Shown: positions 36,385-44,931 of the stretch, in pieces
Layout: every line of letters begins with the position of its first letter
How positions within the stretch are numbered: the first letter of the stretch is position 1
Source: an uncultured Candidatus Saccharibacteria bacterium
GTDB lineage: Bacteria > Patescibacteriota > Minisyncoccia > Phycocordibacterales > Phycocordibacteraceae
Reading direction: 5' to 3'
Length of the DNA: 64,000 nt
NCBI GenBank assembly: GCA_964507275.1
Contig: CAZDPG010000001.1
Coordinates: forward strand, 188,061 to 252,060
The notes under the pieces: model-generated
Database searches by the model: none
Seen by the model: the letters and a program-made list of their open reading frames with translations, nothing else
Told to the model about the DNA's origin: nothing
Translations under genes and position numbers: made by a program

Positions 36385-36985
36385 ATGCTTCCTTTCGATT
36401 GGTGAGCGCCGCCCGCAGCGTTTCGGCATCGGAGTATTCGAGCTCGCTGCCGGTGGCGAGGCCACGCCCGAGTGCGGAGATCTTCATGTGGTCGCGATAG
36501 GGGGCAAGGAGCTGGCGCACGTGATCAGCAGTATGCTCTCCCTCGCTTGTGGCCGAGAGAGCGAGCACGACTTCTTGTAACCCATCTTGCAGACGCCTCT
36601 CGATTGCCTGTAGCAAGCCTTTCTCGCGGATGGCGCCTTTACCGGAAAGGGTGAGCACACCCCCGAGTACGAAATAGCGGCCTTTGTAAGTGCCGGCGCG
36701 TTCTATGGCCGCCAGATCCTGGTCCTTCTCGACGAGCATGAGGAGCGCATTGTCACGCTTCGTGTCGGAACAGTAATTACACATGAGCACAGAGCTGCCG
36801 TTATAGAAACGTGAACATCCAGGACATTGGTGGACATCCTTGCCAAGCGCGCTCACCAGCTCGGCAAGTTTCGCTCGCTCAGAGGCGGGAGCGCTGAGAA
36901 GATAATAAACGAAACGTTTGCCCTGGCGCGGGCCTATGCCAGGGAGACGAGCGAGGGCGCGGGCGAGCTCATCGATATGATCCAT
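36383..36985 (-). CDS. recR: Recombination protein RecR
   Basis: HhH (LPGIGPRQGKR), C4 zinc finger (CPGCSRF...CNYC) and Toprim region. Confidence 0.9.
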   Translation of the reverse strand: MDHIDELARALARLPGIGPRQGKRFVYYLLSAPASERAKLAELVSALGKDVHQCPGCSRFYNGSSVLMCNYCSDTKRDNALLMLVEKDQDLAAIERAGTYKGRYFVLGGVLTLSGKGAIREKGLLQAIERRLQDGLQEVVLALSATSEGEHTADHVRQLLAPYRDHMKISALGRGLATGSELEYSDAETLRAALTNRKEA

Positions 36986-36988
36986 GTT

Positions 36989-38362
36989 CTAGAACTCGCT
37001 TGCGAGGTCGCCATAGCCGGCCGTGTCGACTGATTGGAAGCTTGCGCGCTTCTCATCGAAGTAGAGCTCGGTGCTGCCGGTCGGACCGTTGCGGTGCTTC
37101 TCGATGAGAATTTCAGCAATGTTTGGACGATCGCTATCCGGGTTCCGCTTGTCTTCGCGATGGATGAACATCACGACATCAGCATCCTGCTCAATAGAAC
37201 CCGAGTCGCGCAGGTCGGAGAGACGAGGGCGACCTCCGCGCTGTTCTACGGCACGCGAGAGCTGGGAGAGCGCGATGACGGGGACTTCGAGCTCGCGTGC
37301 GAGACTCTTTAGTGAGCGTGATATCTCCGTCACCTGCTGCACAAGCGAGTCGGACGCTTTGGTCGAGGTAGGACTCATGAGCTGGAGGTAGTCGACCACG
37401 ATGAGACCGATACCGCGCTCGCGCTTCAAGCGCCGCGCCACCGCACGCATCGCAAGAATATTGTTGCCCGGTTTGTCGTCGATGAATATTGGTGCCTTCG
37501 AGAGCGCCTCGAGTGCATCACGGATGCGATTGAAATCCTCTTCCTCGCGTACTTGTCCGGTGCGCAACTTCCAGGAGTTCACGAAAGACTCTGCAGCAAG
37601 CATGCGGTCGATGAGCTGTTCGGAGCTCATCTCGAGCGAGAAGATGCCTACGGGCACGTTATGGCGCACCGCGGCATTGCGGGCGATATCAAGGGCAAGC
37701 GACGTCTTACCCATCGAAGGACGGGCGGCGAGGATCACGAGATCAGAGGGATGGAAGCCCGAGAGGAGATTATCGAGCGCAGGGAAACCGGATGGGACGC
37801 CACGAATACCATCCTCTTTTTTCGAGAGCGCCTCGATGCGATCCCATGCTTCATGGACCTTATCGCCAATAGCGGTGAACTTGTGCGCAACCGATGCGTT
37901 GCCGATAGCATAGATGGCCTTCTCTGCTTCATCGAGCACTTCCATAGTTTCGCGCGATTCGTCGTAGGCGGATTCATTGATAGTGTAGGAAGCGTCGATC
38001 AAGGAGCGCATCAAGTGCTTGCGTGAGACGAGGTCGGCGTAATGAGAAAAGTTCCCTGGCGCCGGTGCCGCGCCGACGAGCTCAGCGAGATAGCTTCTGC
38101 CGCCACTGCGCTCTAGGAGTCCTTGATCCTGGAGGCGCTGCGAAAGAGAGAGCTGGTCGATAGGCTCGCCGCGGTCAGCGAGCTCACGCATCGCACCGAA
38201 TATGAGCCGATGCTTCTCAGCGTAGAAGGAATCGGGGTGCACGAGGTCTGAGACGTCATGGATAGCATCAGGCTTGAGGAGGAGCGCGCCGAGGAGGGCA
38301 CGCTCAGACTCAAGGGATTGGGGAGGGATACGGTCGGCGGCCATTACCCCTGATTGTATCAA
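36989..38362 (-). CDS. dnaB: Replicative DNA helicase DnaB
   Basis: N-terminal DnaB domain (LESERALLGALL). Walker A GARPSMGKTS. ...LIVVDYLQLM... RecA-like core. Confidence 0.9.
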   Translation of the reverse strand: MIQSGVMAADRIPPQSLESERALLGALLLKPDAIHDVSDLVHPDSFYAEKHRLIFGAMRELADRGEPIDQLSLSQRLQDQGLLERSGGRSYLAELVGAAPAPGNFSHYADLVSRKHLMRSLIDASYTINESAYDESRETMEVLDEAEKAIYAIGNASVAHKFTAIGDKVHEAWDRIEALSKKEDGIRGVPSGFPALDNLLSGFHPSDLVILAARPSMGKTSLALDIARNAAVRHNVPVGIFSLEMSSEQLIDRMLAAESFVNSWKLRTGQVREEEDFNRIRDALEALSKAPIFIDDKPGNNILAMRAVARRLKRERGIGLIVVDYLQLMSPTSTKASDSLVQQVTEISRSLKSLARELEVPVIALSQLSRAVEQRGGRPRLSDLRDSGSIEQDADVVMFIHREDKRNPDSDRPNIAEILIEKHRNGPTGSTELYFDEKRASFQSVDTAGYGDLASEF

Positions 38363-39822
38363 AGAGTCGTCCGAGTCAACACTGGGCCTTCCGGGCCGTC
38401 ATCCACACGATATCCACTGTTCTCAATCTCAGCCCGGATACGGTCTGCCTCCTGGAAATCCTTCGCCTGGCGGGCCGTCTCGCGCTGTGCGAGCATCGTG
38501 CGCACGTTTTCAGGTATGTCCGTGTCTGCGAGTGCGACCGGGAGTGGGGGAGTGATGAGCGAAAGACCCAGATGACCGTCAGCTGCTTCTAGCAACCGCC
38601 ATTTCTCCTCAGGAGTGTACTCTTCGCTCCGGAGCGAATCCCAAAGGACGCCGAGTGCTTGTGGTGTGGCGAGATCGTCGCGCATCGTCGCGAGGAATCG
38701 GTCGCATGCTTCTGACGGTTCGCCTAAGCGTTTTGATTCGTCGGCAATCTCGCTTGAGAGTTTCCAAAGCCGATCAAGTGCACTTGCGGCACCGCCGAGC
38801 GCATCCCATGAGAAGGAGAGGGACGTGCGGTAGTGCGCTTGGAGGAAGAAGTAACGAAGCGCGAGCGGGTGGAATCCTTTTGTGACGATATCAGAGAGAT
38901 ACACTACGTTGCCAATCGATTTCGATATCTTCCCGCCACCCATGGTGAGGTGAGCATTGTGCATCCAGTAATGCACGAATGTCCGTCCGCTTGCCGCTTC
39001 CGACTGAGCAATCTCGTTATTGTGATGGATGGCGACATGTTCCTCTCCGCCGGTATGGATATCGATCTCTTGGCCGAGCAGGGAACGTATCATGGCAGAA
39101 CATTCGATGTGCCAGCCCGGATTGCCACGACCCCACGGGGAATCCCATTGCTGGAGGTCACCACTTTTCGCCGTCCGCCACAACACGAAGTCTGCTGGGT
39201 GCATTTTCCCCTTCACGACGTCGACGCGCGCACCTGCCTCAAGCTGTGCGTGGGCAAGGCCGCCGAGCTTCCCATAACCGAGGAACTTCTGGGTATCGAA
39301 ATAGAGCCCATCGGGAAGATGGTATGCGAATCCCTTTTCCTCAAGCGTGGTAGCAAGCGCTATCTGTTCTTTGATATATTCGGTCGCACGAGGGAAGCTG
39401 ATGTCGGCAACATCGACATTGAGGTCCGCGATGTCATCAAGGAATATTTTTGTATAGCGGGTAGCCACCTCTTCGGGAGAGAGGTGTTCGCGTTTTGCGC
39501 CGATTGCCATCTTGTCTTCGCCCTGGTCGGCGTCATCAACTAGGTGGCCGACATCGGTGATGTTGATGACACGCTTTACTCGGTACTGTGCGGCCATGAG
39601 CGTCCGCGCGAGCGTGTCAGAAAAGACGACCGCGCGCATATTGCCGATATGCTGCTGACTGTAGACTGTCGGGCCGCAGGAGTACATGGAAACGAGACCC
39701 GGCTTGAGCGGTATGAACAGCTCTTTTTCGCCCGAGAGGGTGTTCGTGAAGAATACGTGCGCTGGCCGTTTCTGTTCCGCCCCCGTCTGTCTTTTTAGAA
39801 AACGTGTGAGAAACGACGCCAT
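38359..39822 (-). CDS. cysS: Cysteinyl-tRNA synthetase
   Basis: MYSCGPTVYSQQHIGNMR (HIGH region) and KISKSIGN (KMSKS). Overlaps the dnaB start by 4 nt. Confidence 0.9.
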   Translation of the reverse strand: MASFLTRFLKRQTGAEQKRPAHVFFTNTLSGEKELFIPLKPGLVSMYSCGPTVYSQQHIGNMRAVVFSDTLARTLMAAQYRVKRVINITDVGHLVDDADQGEDKMAIGAKREHLSPEEVATRYTKIFLDDIADLNVDVADISFPRATEYIKEQIALATTLEEKGFAYHLPDGLYFDTQKFLGYGKLGGLAHAQLEAGARVDVVKGKMHPADFVLWRTAKSGDLQQWDSPWGRGNPGWHIECSAMIRSLLGQEIDIHTGGEEHVAIHHNNEIAQSEAASGRTFVHYWMHNAHLTMGGGKISKSIGNVVYLSDIVTKGFHPLALRYFFLQAHYRTSLSFSWDALGGAASALDRLWKLSSEIADESKRLGEPSEACDRFLATMRDDLATPQALGVLWDSLRSEEYTPEEKWRLLEAADGHLGLSLITPPLPVALADTDIPENVRTMLAQRETARQAKDFQEADRIRAEIENSGYRVDDGPEGPVLTRTTL

Positions 39823-39858
39823 CCCTCTAAGATACCACGAGTATTCCCGGGGCTTCCA

Positions 39859-40404
39859 CTAGAATGATTTGAAGTGGATGTTTCCGCTCGAATCGGTCAT
39901 CTTGCGATAAAACTCCAATTCCGGATCTACGTTTTTCGAATGGAATATAATCTGGTCCATTCCTTCCCAAAGCAAGAACCATGCTGCCGGTTCCAAGAAG
40001 ACCACGAGGAATGACAAGAACAGGCTCTGCGAAGGGTCTTCAAACATGATAAAGGTGGCGGCAATCATACAAAGGACGCCGAGGACCATCATGCCGCCTC
40101 CGAGTCGTGTCACGTGGCGTTTTTCTTCTGCCAGTAGGCGATAGTGGCGCCCGAAGTGCGAAGCGAGACGCTCTTTGATAGTCGTCTCATGGAACTCGCT
40201 CCGCTTTTCTTCCGCGACGTTCAAGATGAGCTCAATCCCGTTCTCGCCCTTGTCACGAGCGGCGCGCTTGACCTCATCGAGGAAGTCCACTGAGAGGGCG
40301 CGACCTGAATAGGGGCGTATATCGAAGTCCGAAAAGATGTCTTCGTACTTATCAATTTTCAAACTAATTTCAGAAATATCTGCGAGTGAAGGTCGGTGTC
40401 TCAT
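39859..40404 (-). CDS. Hypothetical membrane protein (2 TM near the C-terminus)
   Basis: ORF with TM helices MMVLGVLCMIAATFIMF and LFLSFLVVFLEPAAWFLLW. Confidence 0.45.
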   Translation of the reverse strand: MRHRPSLADISEISLKIDKYEDIFSDFDIRPYSGRALSVDFLDEVKRAARDKGENGIELILNVAEEKRSEFHETTIKERLASHFGRHYRLLAEEKRHVTRLGGGMMVLGVLCMIAATFIMFEDPSQSLFLSFLVVFLEPAAWFLLWEGMDQIIFHSKNVDPELEFYRKMTDSSGNIHFKSF

Positions 40405-40463
40405 GCCGCAATAGTACTATCCAGTTTGGGAAAAGTATAGATATGCATGGTATTCTCTAAGAA

Positions 40464-41699
40464 ATGAAAACTACGAGAACAGTCATTTCGCAAGGTGTCT
40501 CGTTCGCGCTTGTTGCGGCGATCGCGTTCATGCTGGGACTCTCCATGGGATCAAGCGGCTCCTCAACTTCGGTCGCCGCGCGCCTTCCGCTACTTGGTGA
40601 TGGACTCGACGCAACGCCGAGCAGGAGTGCCGATCTCGATGACTTCTGGAAGGCGTGGAACGCGCTTGAAGCAAATTATGTCGTCACGCACGCATCATCG
40701 ACACTCCCCACGGTGAAGGAACGGTTATTGGGCGCCATCGGCGGTTTGGCTGATTCGTATGGCGATCCGTATACCGTCTTCTTCCCACCGAAAGAAGCCA
40801 AAGCTTTCGCGGAGAGTATCTCAGGAAGCTTCGCTGGGGTTGGTATGGAAATCGATATAAAGGACGGTGTCCTGACGGTCGTCGCACCTCTCAAGGGGAC
40901 ACCAGCGTATGCTGCAGGCATCAAGGCAGGGGATCAGATAGCGACCATCGACGGCAAGTCCACTGAAGGCGTCTCTGTTGATAAGGCGGTGACCGAAATC
41001 CGGGGACCAGCTGGTACGACCGTAAGTTTCCTGATCATCCGCGACGGTAAGCCACTCAACATAAAAGTTGTTCGCGATACAATCCAAATACCCGAGACAG
41101 ATGACGGACTCGATGAAGCGAGTGGGGTTTATCACATCGCGCTCTATGAGTTCACCTCGAACTCGGGAGACCTCTTCAGACAGGCTTTCGAGCGATTCAA
41201 AGCTTCCGGATCGAAGAAGCTCGTTATCGACCTGCGCGGTAATCCAGGTGGATATCTTGAGGCGGCCGTCGACATCGTGAGTCACTTCCTCCCGAAGGGT
41301 ATGACCGTGGTGACGGAAGACTTCGGTGATAATGAAGCGGATCAAGAGCATACGAGCCTCGGATACGATGATGTCCCGAAGGGTACGAAGGTCGCGGTGC
41401 TCATCGATGGCGGATCGGCATCCGCTTCCGAGATCTTCGCCGGTGCACTCCAGGACAGCGACGTGGCAACCGTCATCGGTACGACATCGTTCGGTAAGGG
41501 GTCGGTACAGACGCTTCTCGATCTCGGTGGGGGCTCGCTCAAGATCACTGTCGCGCGCTGGATAACGCCAGATGGACACTGGATCATGGGTAACGGTGTC
41601 ACGCCGGACATCATCGTGCCGTTTACGCAGGCAGATGCTGTGGCGAAGCGGGATCCGCAGATGGCACGCGCGATTGACTTCCTCGTGAATGGGAAATAA
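40464..41699 (+). CDS. ctpA: Carboxy-terminal processing protease (S41, with PDZ)
   Basis: PDZ (GIKAGDQIATIDG). S41 catalytic region DLRGNPGGYL. ...SASASEIFAGALQD... and GTTSFGKGSVQ. Confidence 0.8.
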   Translation: MKTTRTVISQGVSFALVAAIAFMLGLSMGSSGSSTSVAARLPLLGDGLDATPSRSADLDDFWKAWNALEANYVVTHASSTLPTVKERLLGAIGGLADSYGDPYTVFFPPKEAKAFAESISGSFAGVGMEIDIKDGVLTVVAPLKGTPAYAAGIKAGDQIATIDGKSTEGVSVDKAVTEIRGPAGTTVSFLIIRDGKPLNIKVVRDTIQIPETDDGLDEASGVYHIALYEFTSNSGDLFRQAFERFKASGSKKLVIDLRGNPGGYLEAAVDIVSHFLPKGMTVVTEDFGDNEADQEHTSLGYDDVPKGTKVAVLIDGGSASASEIFAGALQDSDVATVIGTTSFGKGSVQTLLDLGGGSLKITVARWITPDGHWIMGNGVTPDIIVPFTQADAVAKRDPQMARAIDFLVNGK

Positions 41700-41702
41700 C
41701 GC

Positions 41703-42359
41703 ATGAAGCTGCTGCTCACATCGGGTGGGTTGATGAATGACTCGATTATAGGAGCTCTCAAAGAGCTAGCCGGACGACCTTTTGAGGAATTGAATCTCGC
41801 CTTTATTCCGACAGCAGCGAATATTGAAGAAGGAAATAAAGACTGGCTCATTGCCGATCTGGAAGACTGCAAGAAACTCAGTTTTGCCGAAATCGATATT
41901 GTCGATATATCCGCCCTGCCACAAGCTGTTTGGCAGAAGAGATTAGAAAAGGCAGATATTCTGTTTGTCAGTGGTGGGAATACTTTCCACCTGATGCACT
42001 GGCTGCGCAAATCAGGGCTGAGCGAGGTTCTGCCGGAAATGCTGAAAACGCGAGTATATGTTGGAGTGAGCGCGGGAAGCATGGTGGCGACACCGAGCAT
42101 ACGGTTTGCTAATTCGGAGAAAGCGGCTGCCGAAGAAATTGACGGGGAGGTTGATGATGAAGGACTTGGCCTGGTGAAGTTTCTCGTTGAACCGCATATC
42201 AATAATGCCTACTTTCCAGAGCTGACGTTTGAGTATGTGCGCGAGGAGTCAGCACATACTGCCGTACCGGTTTACGCGCTCGATGATCAGTCGGCCCTGC
42301 AAGTCGTCGACGAGGTGGCAACTGTTATTTCTGAAGGAGCATGGGAGAAATTTAATTAA
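41703..42359 (+). CDS. S51-family peptidase (dipeptidase E / cyanophycinase-like)
   Basis: ...ILFVSGGNTFHLMHWL... and VGVSAGSMV (Ser nucleophile context) motifs of peptidase S51. Confidence 0.65.
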   Translation: MKLLLTSGGLMNDSIIGALKELAGRPFEELNLAFIPTAANIEEGNKDWLIADLEDCKKLSFAEIDIVDISALPQAVWQKRLEKADILFVSGGNTFHLMHWLRKSGLSEVLPEMLKTRVYVGVSAGSMVATPSIRFANSEKAAAEEIDGEVDDEGLGLVKFLVEPHINNAYFPELTFEYVREESAHTAVPVYALDDQSALQVVDEVATVISEGAWEKFN

Positions 42360-42360
42360 T

Positions 42361-42627
42361 ATGTCGCATATAGCGCAAGAAGAGTTAGCGAAGCTACTTG
42401 CCGAAGCGGGAAGGGAAGTGGCGGTTGGTGGGCGGTATGTCCACTACAAGGACCCGACAAAGGAATACATCGTGAAGTCGCTTGGCGTGCTCGAAGCGAC
42501 AGACGAAGTCGCGGTGATATATGAGGCTCAGTACGGAGAGAAGGTATCGTTCATCCGTCCGCTTGCGAGCTTCTGCGCGCTCGTCCTTGTCGATGGTGTT
42601 TCTGTACCGCGCTTCAGGAGAGTGTGA
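42361..42627 (+). CDS. DUF1653-family small protein
   Basis: RYVHYKDPTKEYIV...VIYEAQYGEKVSFIRPLASF matches the DUF1653 pattern (YRHYKG..Y...........VvY.alYg....w.RPl..F). Start is immediately after the upstream stop. Confidence 0.55.
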   Translation: MSHIAQEELAKLLAEAGREVAVGGRYVHYKDPTKEYIVKSLGVLEATDEVAVIYEAQYGEKVSFIRPLASFCALVLVDGVSVPRFRRV

Positions 42628-42630
42628 GAT

Positions 42631-42659
42631 TTGACGAATCTATATTTAACTGCTATAGT
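42631..42659 (+). promoter_or_regulatory. Sigma70-like promoter: TTGACG -17 nt- TATAGT
   Basis: -35 TTGACG at 42631-42636, a 17-nt spacer, then -10 TATAGT at 42654-42659, ~70 nt upstream of the ATG at 42729. Confidence 0.5.
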
Positions 42660-42669
42660 GCACCCAGGT

Positions 42670-42695
42670 CTATCTACGGGAATATCCGTGGATAG
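42670..42695 (+). promoter_or_regulatory. 10-bp inverted repeat CTATCTACGG-N6-CCGTGGATAG just downstream of the predicted TSS (operator or 5'-UTR hairpin)
   Basis: Near-perfect palindrome (one G.U-compatible mismatch) located +4 to +30 relative to the predicted TSS. Followed by the RBS GAAGGAGG. Confidence 0.35.
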
Positions 42696-42728
42696 TTTGC
42701 ACGTTTCGCCTTCGAAGGAGGACGCCTC

Positions 42729-43157
42729 ATGTTCATTAGCCGTTTTGAGAAGAATCTCTTGGCTTTCAGTCTTTCTTTCCTCACGATCATCGTGGTTAGC
42801 GGACTGATTGTGGAGCATCACTTCCAGAAAGCCATCACGACTCATCTTGCGTCGGGGAATTTCGCCCTGGTCGAAAAGATTCTCAGCGACAAAGAAGGCC
42901 GCGCGTTTTGTGAAGGTCTAAATTGGCGCATGGAGGTCCGTGCCCAGTTGGCACGGGAACATAACGCCATCGCCCGACTCTACAACGCCGCCGCCTTACG
43001 TCAGCCGTCTATCAATCGTCCGCTCCTCGTGCCAATGCTGGAGGAACATCGGACGGTTTCCAGCGAGGCCATTAACGGTTTGATCTTCATCGCTCATATC
43101 AACCCCTGGCAGGAATGTGCGAGCCGATACAAGATTTTCCACTATCCGTTTCGTTGA
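42729..43157 (+). CDS. Hypothetical N-terminally membrane-anchored protein (142 aa)
   Basis: Strong RBS GAAGGAGG 7 nt upstream. One TM (LLAFSLSFLTIIVVSGLIV). Served by the promoter above. Confidence 0.5.
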   Translation: MFISRFEKNLLAFSLSFLTIIVVSGLIVEHHFQKAITTHLASGNFALVEKILSDKEGRAFCEGLNWRMEVRAQLAREHNAIARLYNAAALRQPSINRPLLVPMLEEHRTVSSEAINGLIFIAHINPWQECASRYKIFHYPFR

Positions 43158-43209
43158 ATATCGCCTCATCAAAGGTTCTCTCAGGAGATTCCTTCGGTGG
43201 GGCGGTTTT

Positions 43210-43238
43210 TTGACTATCACTGCCGGATACGGTAAGCT
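43210..43238 (+). promoter_or_regulatory. Candidate promoter for rplI (TTGACT -17- TAAGCT). The -10 ends ~8 nt before the ATG, so the mRNA may be near-leaderless
   Basis: -35 TTGACT at 43210-43215. Weak -10 TAAGCT at 43233-43238. rplI ATG at 43247. Confidence 0.3.
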
Positions 43239-43246
43239 GGGGCTAT

Positions 43247-43696
43247 ATGAAAGTTATATTGATCAAGGACGTGAAGGGTATGGGGCGTGCGCACGATGAA
43301 GTCGTAACCGCTGACGGGTACGCTCTTAATTACCTCATCCCGCAGCGATACGCGATAGCGGCGACCCCGGTCGCCCGCAAAGAGGCGGAGACGCGCCGCA
43401 AACAGGTCGTGGACCGTTCGGCACTCGACACCGCACTCCTTGAGCAGAACATCGCTTCGCTCGCCGATGCTCGCATCGTGATCAAGATGAAGGCAAATGA
43501 GAAAGGTCACCTGTATGACGCCGTCGGCGAGCCGGAAATCATGAGTGCAGCGAAGGAGCAGGCACATATTGATCTGGCAGAGGGAGTGATCAGACTCGAG
43601 AAGCCGATTAAGGAGCTCGGTACGTTCGACGTCCCGGTCGCATTCGGAGATACGTTCGGCAAGTTCTCCATCACGATCGAAGCGGAGGCAGAATGA
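43247..43696 (+). CDS. rplI: 50S ribosomal protein L9
   Basis: MKVILIKDVKGMGRAHDEVVTADGYALNYLIPQ canonical L9 N-domain. Confidence 0.9.
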   Translation: MKVILIKDVKGMGRAHDEVVTADGYALNYLIPQRYAIAATPVARKEAETRRKQVVDRSALDTALLEQNIASLADARIVIKMKANEKGHLYDAVGEPEIMSAAKEQAHIDLAEGVIRLEKPIKELGTFDVPVAFGDTFGKFSITIEAEAE

Positions 43697-44208
43697 CCCT
43701 CGAAGAGGCTCTCGCAGGAAAAGAGATTCCGAAGGACATCAGCGATACGCTCACGCTTATCGCTGTTCCGTTTCTATCCTTCGACGGCGAAGTGTGCGAA
43801 GGCGAGCTTGTCGTGCATGCTGATCTCGCCGAGGAAACGAAAGAGATTTTCAACACATTATTTGAGAAGCGATTCCTAATTGAGCGAATGGTCCCGGTCG
43901 TTATGTATGGGTGGGATGATGATGCTTCGATGGCAGCGAACAATTCTTCCGCTTTCAATTACCGGTTCATCGCAGGTACGGACCGTCTCTCGAATCATTC
44001 TTTTGGGCGCGCGATAGACATCAACCCTTTTCAGAATCCGTATACGCAGCGCGATGGCAAGGTAGTTCCAGAGGGTGCGCAGTATGATCCCTCACAGCCA
44101 GGAACGGTGACGGAAGATATTGCTGCCGTCTTCAAGTCTCATGGCTGGCAGTGGGGAGGTGATTGGCAGGATCGGAAAGACTGGCAGCATTTCGAGAAGC
44201 CGAACTAA
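43693..44208 (+). CDS. M15-family D-Ala-D-Ala carboxypeptidase/peptidase (VanY/M15C-like)
   Basis: SNHSFGRAIDI (Zn-binding H-x-x-x-x-x-x-D) and GWQWGGDW...WQHFE motifs. Start overlaps the rplI stop (ATGA). Confidence 0.7.
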   Translation: MTLEEALAGKEIPKDISDTLTLIAVPFLSFDGEVCEGELVVHADLAEETKEIFNTLFEKRFLIERMVPVVMYGWDDDASMAANNSSAFNYRFIAGTDRLSNHSFGRAIDINPFQNPYTQRDGKVVPEGAQYDPSQPGTVTEDIAAVFKSHGWQWGGDWQDRKDWQHFEKPN

Positions 44209-44244
44209 AACAAGAAAGAGCGCCGTGGGCGCTCTTTCTTGTTT
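44209..44244. terminator. Bidirectional rho-independent terminator (16-bp perfect stem) between the convergent M15 peptidase gene and rpmA
   Basis: aaa-ACAAGAAAGAGCGCC-gtg-GGCGCTCTTTCTTGT-t. A-run on the + side (a T-run for rpmA on the - strand). Confidence 0.7.
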
Positions 44245-44260
44245 ATCAAACTGAGTTGGT

Positions 44261-44533
44261 TTAAATGACGTCGACGACTTTCTTGGTCATCTGGTGACCG
44301 GTGAAGCTGATCTTTCGGCGTGTTCGGAAAGAGACCTTGCCGTTGGCAACAGCGAAGAGTGTGTGGTCTTTGCCGACCTTCACATTCTTTCCTGCCTCAA
44401 TCTTCGTACCGCGCTGGCGGACGATGATAGCGCCTGGCTTCGCTACTGAGCCGTCAGAAAGCTTCACCCCGAGATATTGTGGGTTTGAATCGGTTAGGTT
44501 TTTCGCTGAACCTCCAGCCTTTGTTGATGCCAT
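44261..44533 (-). CDS. rpmA: 50S ribosomal protein L27
   Basis: MASTKAGGSAKN...VKLSDGSVAKPGAIIVRQRGTK canonical L27. Confidence 0.9.
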   Translation of the reverse strand: MASTKAGGSAKNLTDSNPQYLGVKLSDGSVAKPGAIIVRQRGTKIEAGKNVKVGKDHTLFAVANGKVSFRTRRKISFTGHQMTKKVVDVI

Positions 44534-44563
44534 ACGGGAATCCTATTGGTATAGTGTTATCTG

Positions 44564-44911
44564 ATGACTATAGCAGAAGCTCGGGAAAAATGCAAAAATG
44601 CCCTTACCCTGATTCCGCGGGATGTGCTCATAATAACCATCATTTTCCTCGCTTCTTCAGCGAGCTTCGGGCTTGGATTACTTGCCGGGCTCGATATGGG
44701 GCAGGGGAGGGGTCTCGTCGTTGAAGAGGAAAGCGTTCCTCCTGCGGCTACGTCTGGACAGGTCGTGGCATCGAAAAACGGGACAAAATATTACCTGCCT
44801 AACTGTGTCGGCGCAGAGCGAATATCTGATGCTAATAAAGTGTGGTTCGCGTCGATCGCTGCTGCAGCAAAGGCAGGATATGCGCCCGCAGCGAATTGCA
44901 AAGGACTCTAG
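44564..44911 (+). CDS. Membrane-anchored small protein with a C-terminal Ada N-terminal (Zn-binding)-like domain retaining only two Cys
   Basis: TM LIITIIFLASSASFGLGLLAGL. The C-terminus KYYLPNCVGAERISDANKVWFASIAAAAKAGYAPAANCKG follows the Ada_Zn_binding pattern (Y.RPsC....I...N.vfF.s...A...GfrPC..C) but carries C...C instead of CxxxC...CxxC. Confidence 0.45.
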   Translation: MTIAEAREKCKNALTLIPRDVLIITIIFLASSASFGLGLLAGLDMGQGRGLVVEEESVPPAATSGQVVASKNGTKYYLPNCVGAERISDANKVWFASIAAAAKAGYAPAANCKGL

Positions 44912-44931
44912 TCTGTTACAATGAAGAAAAT

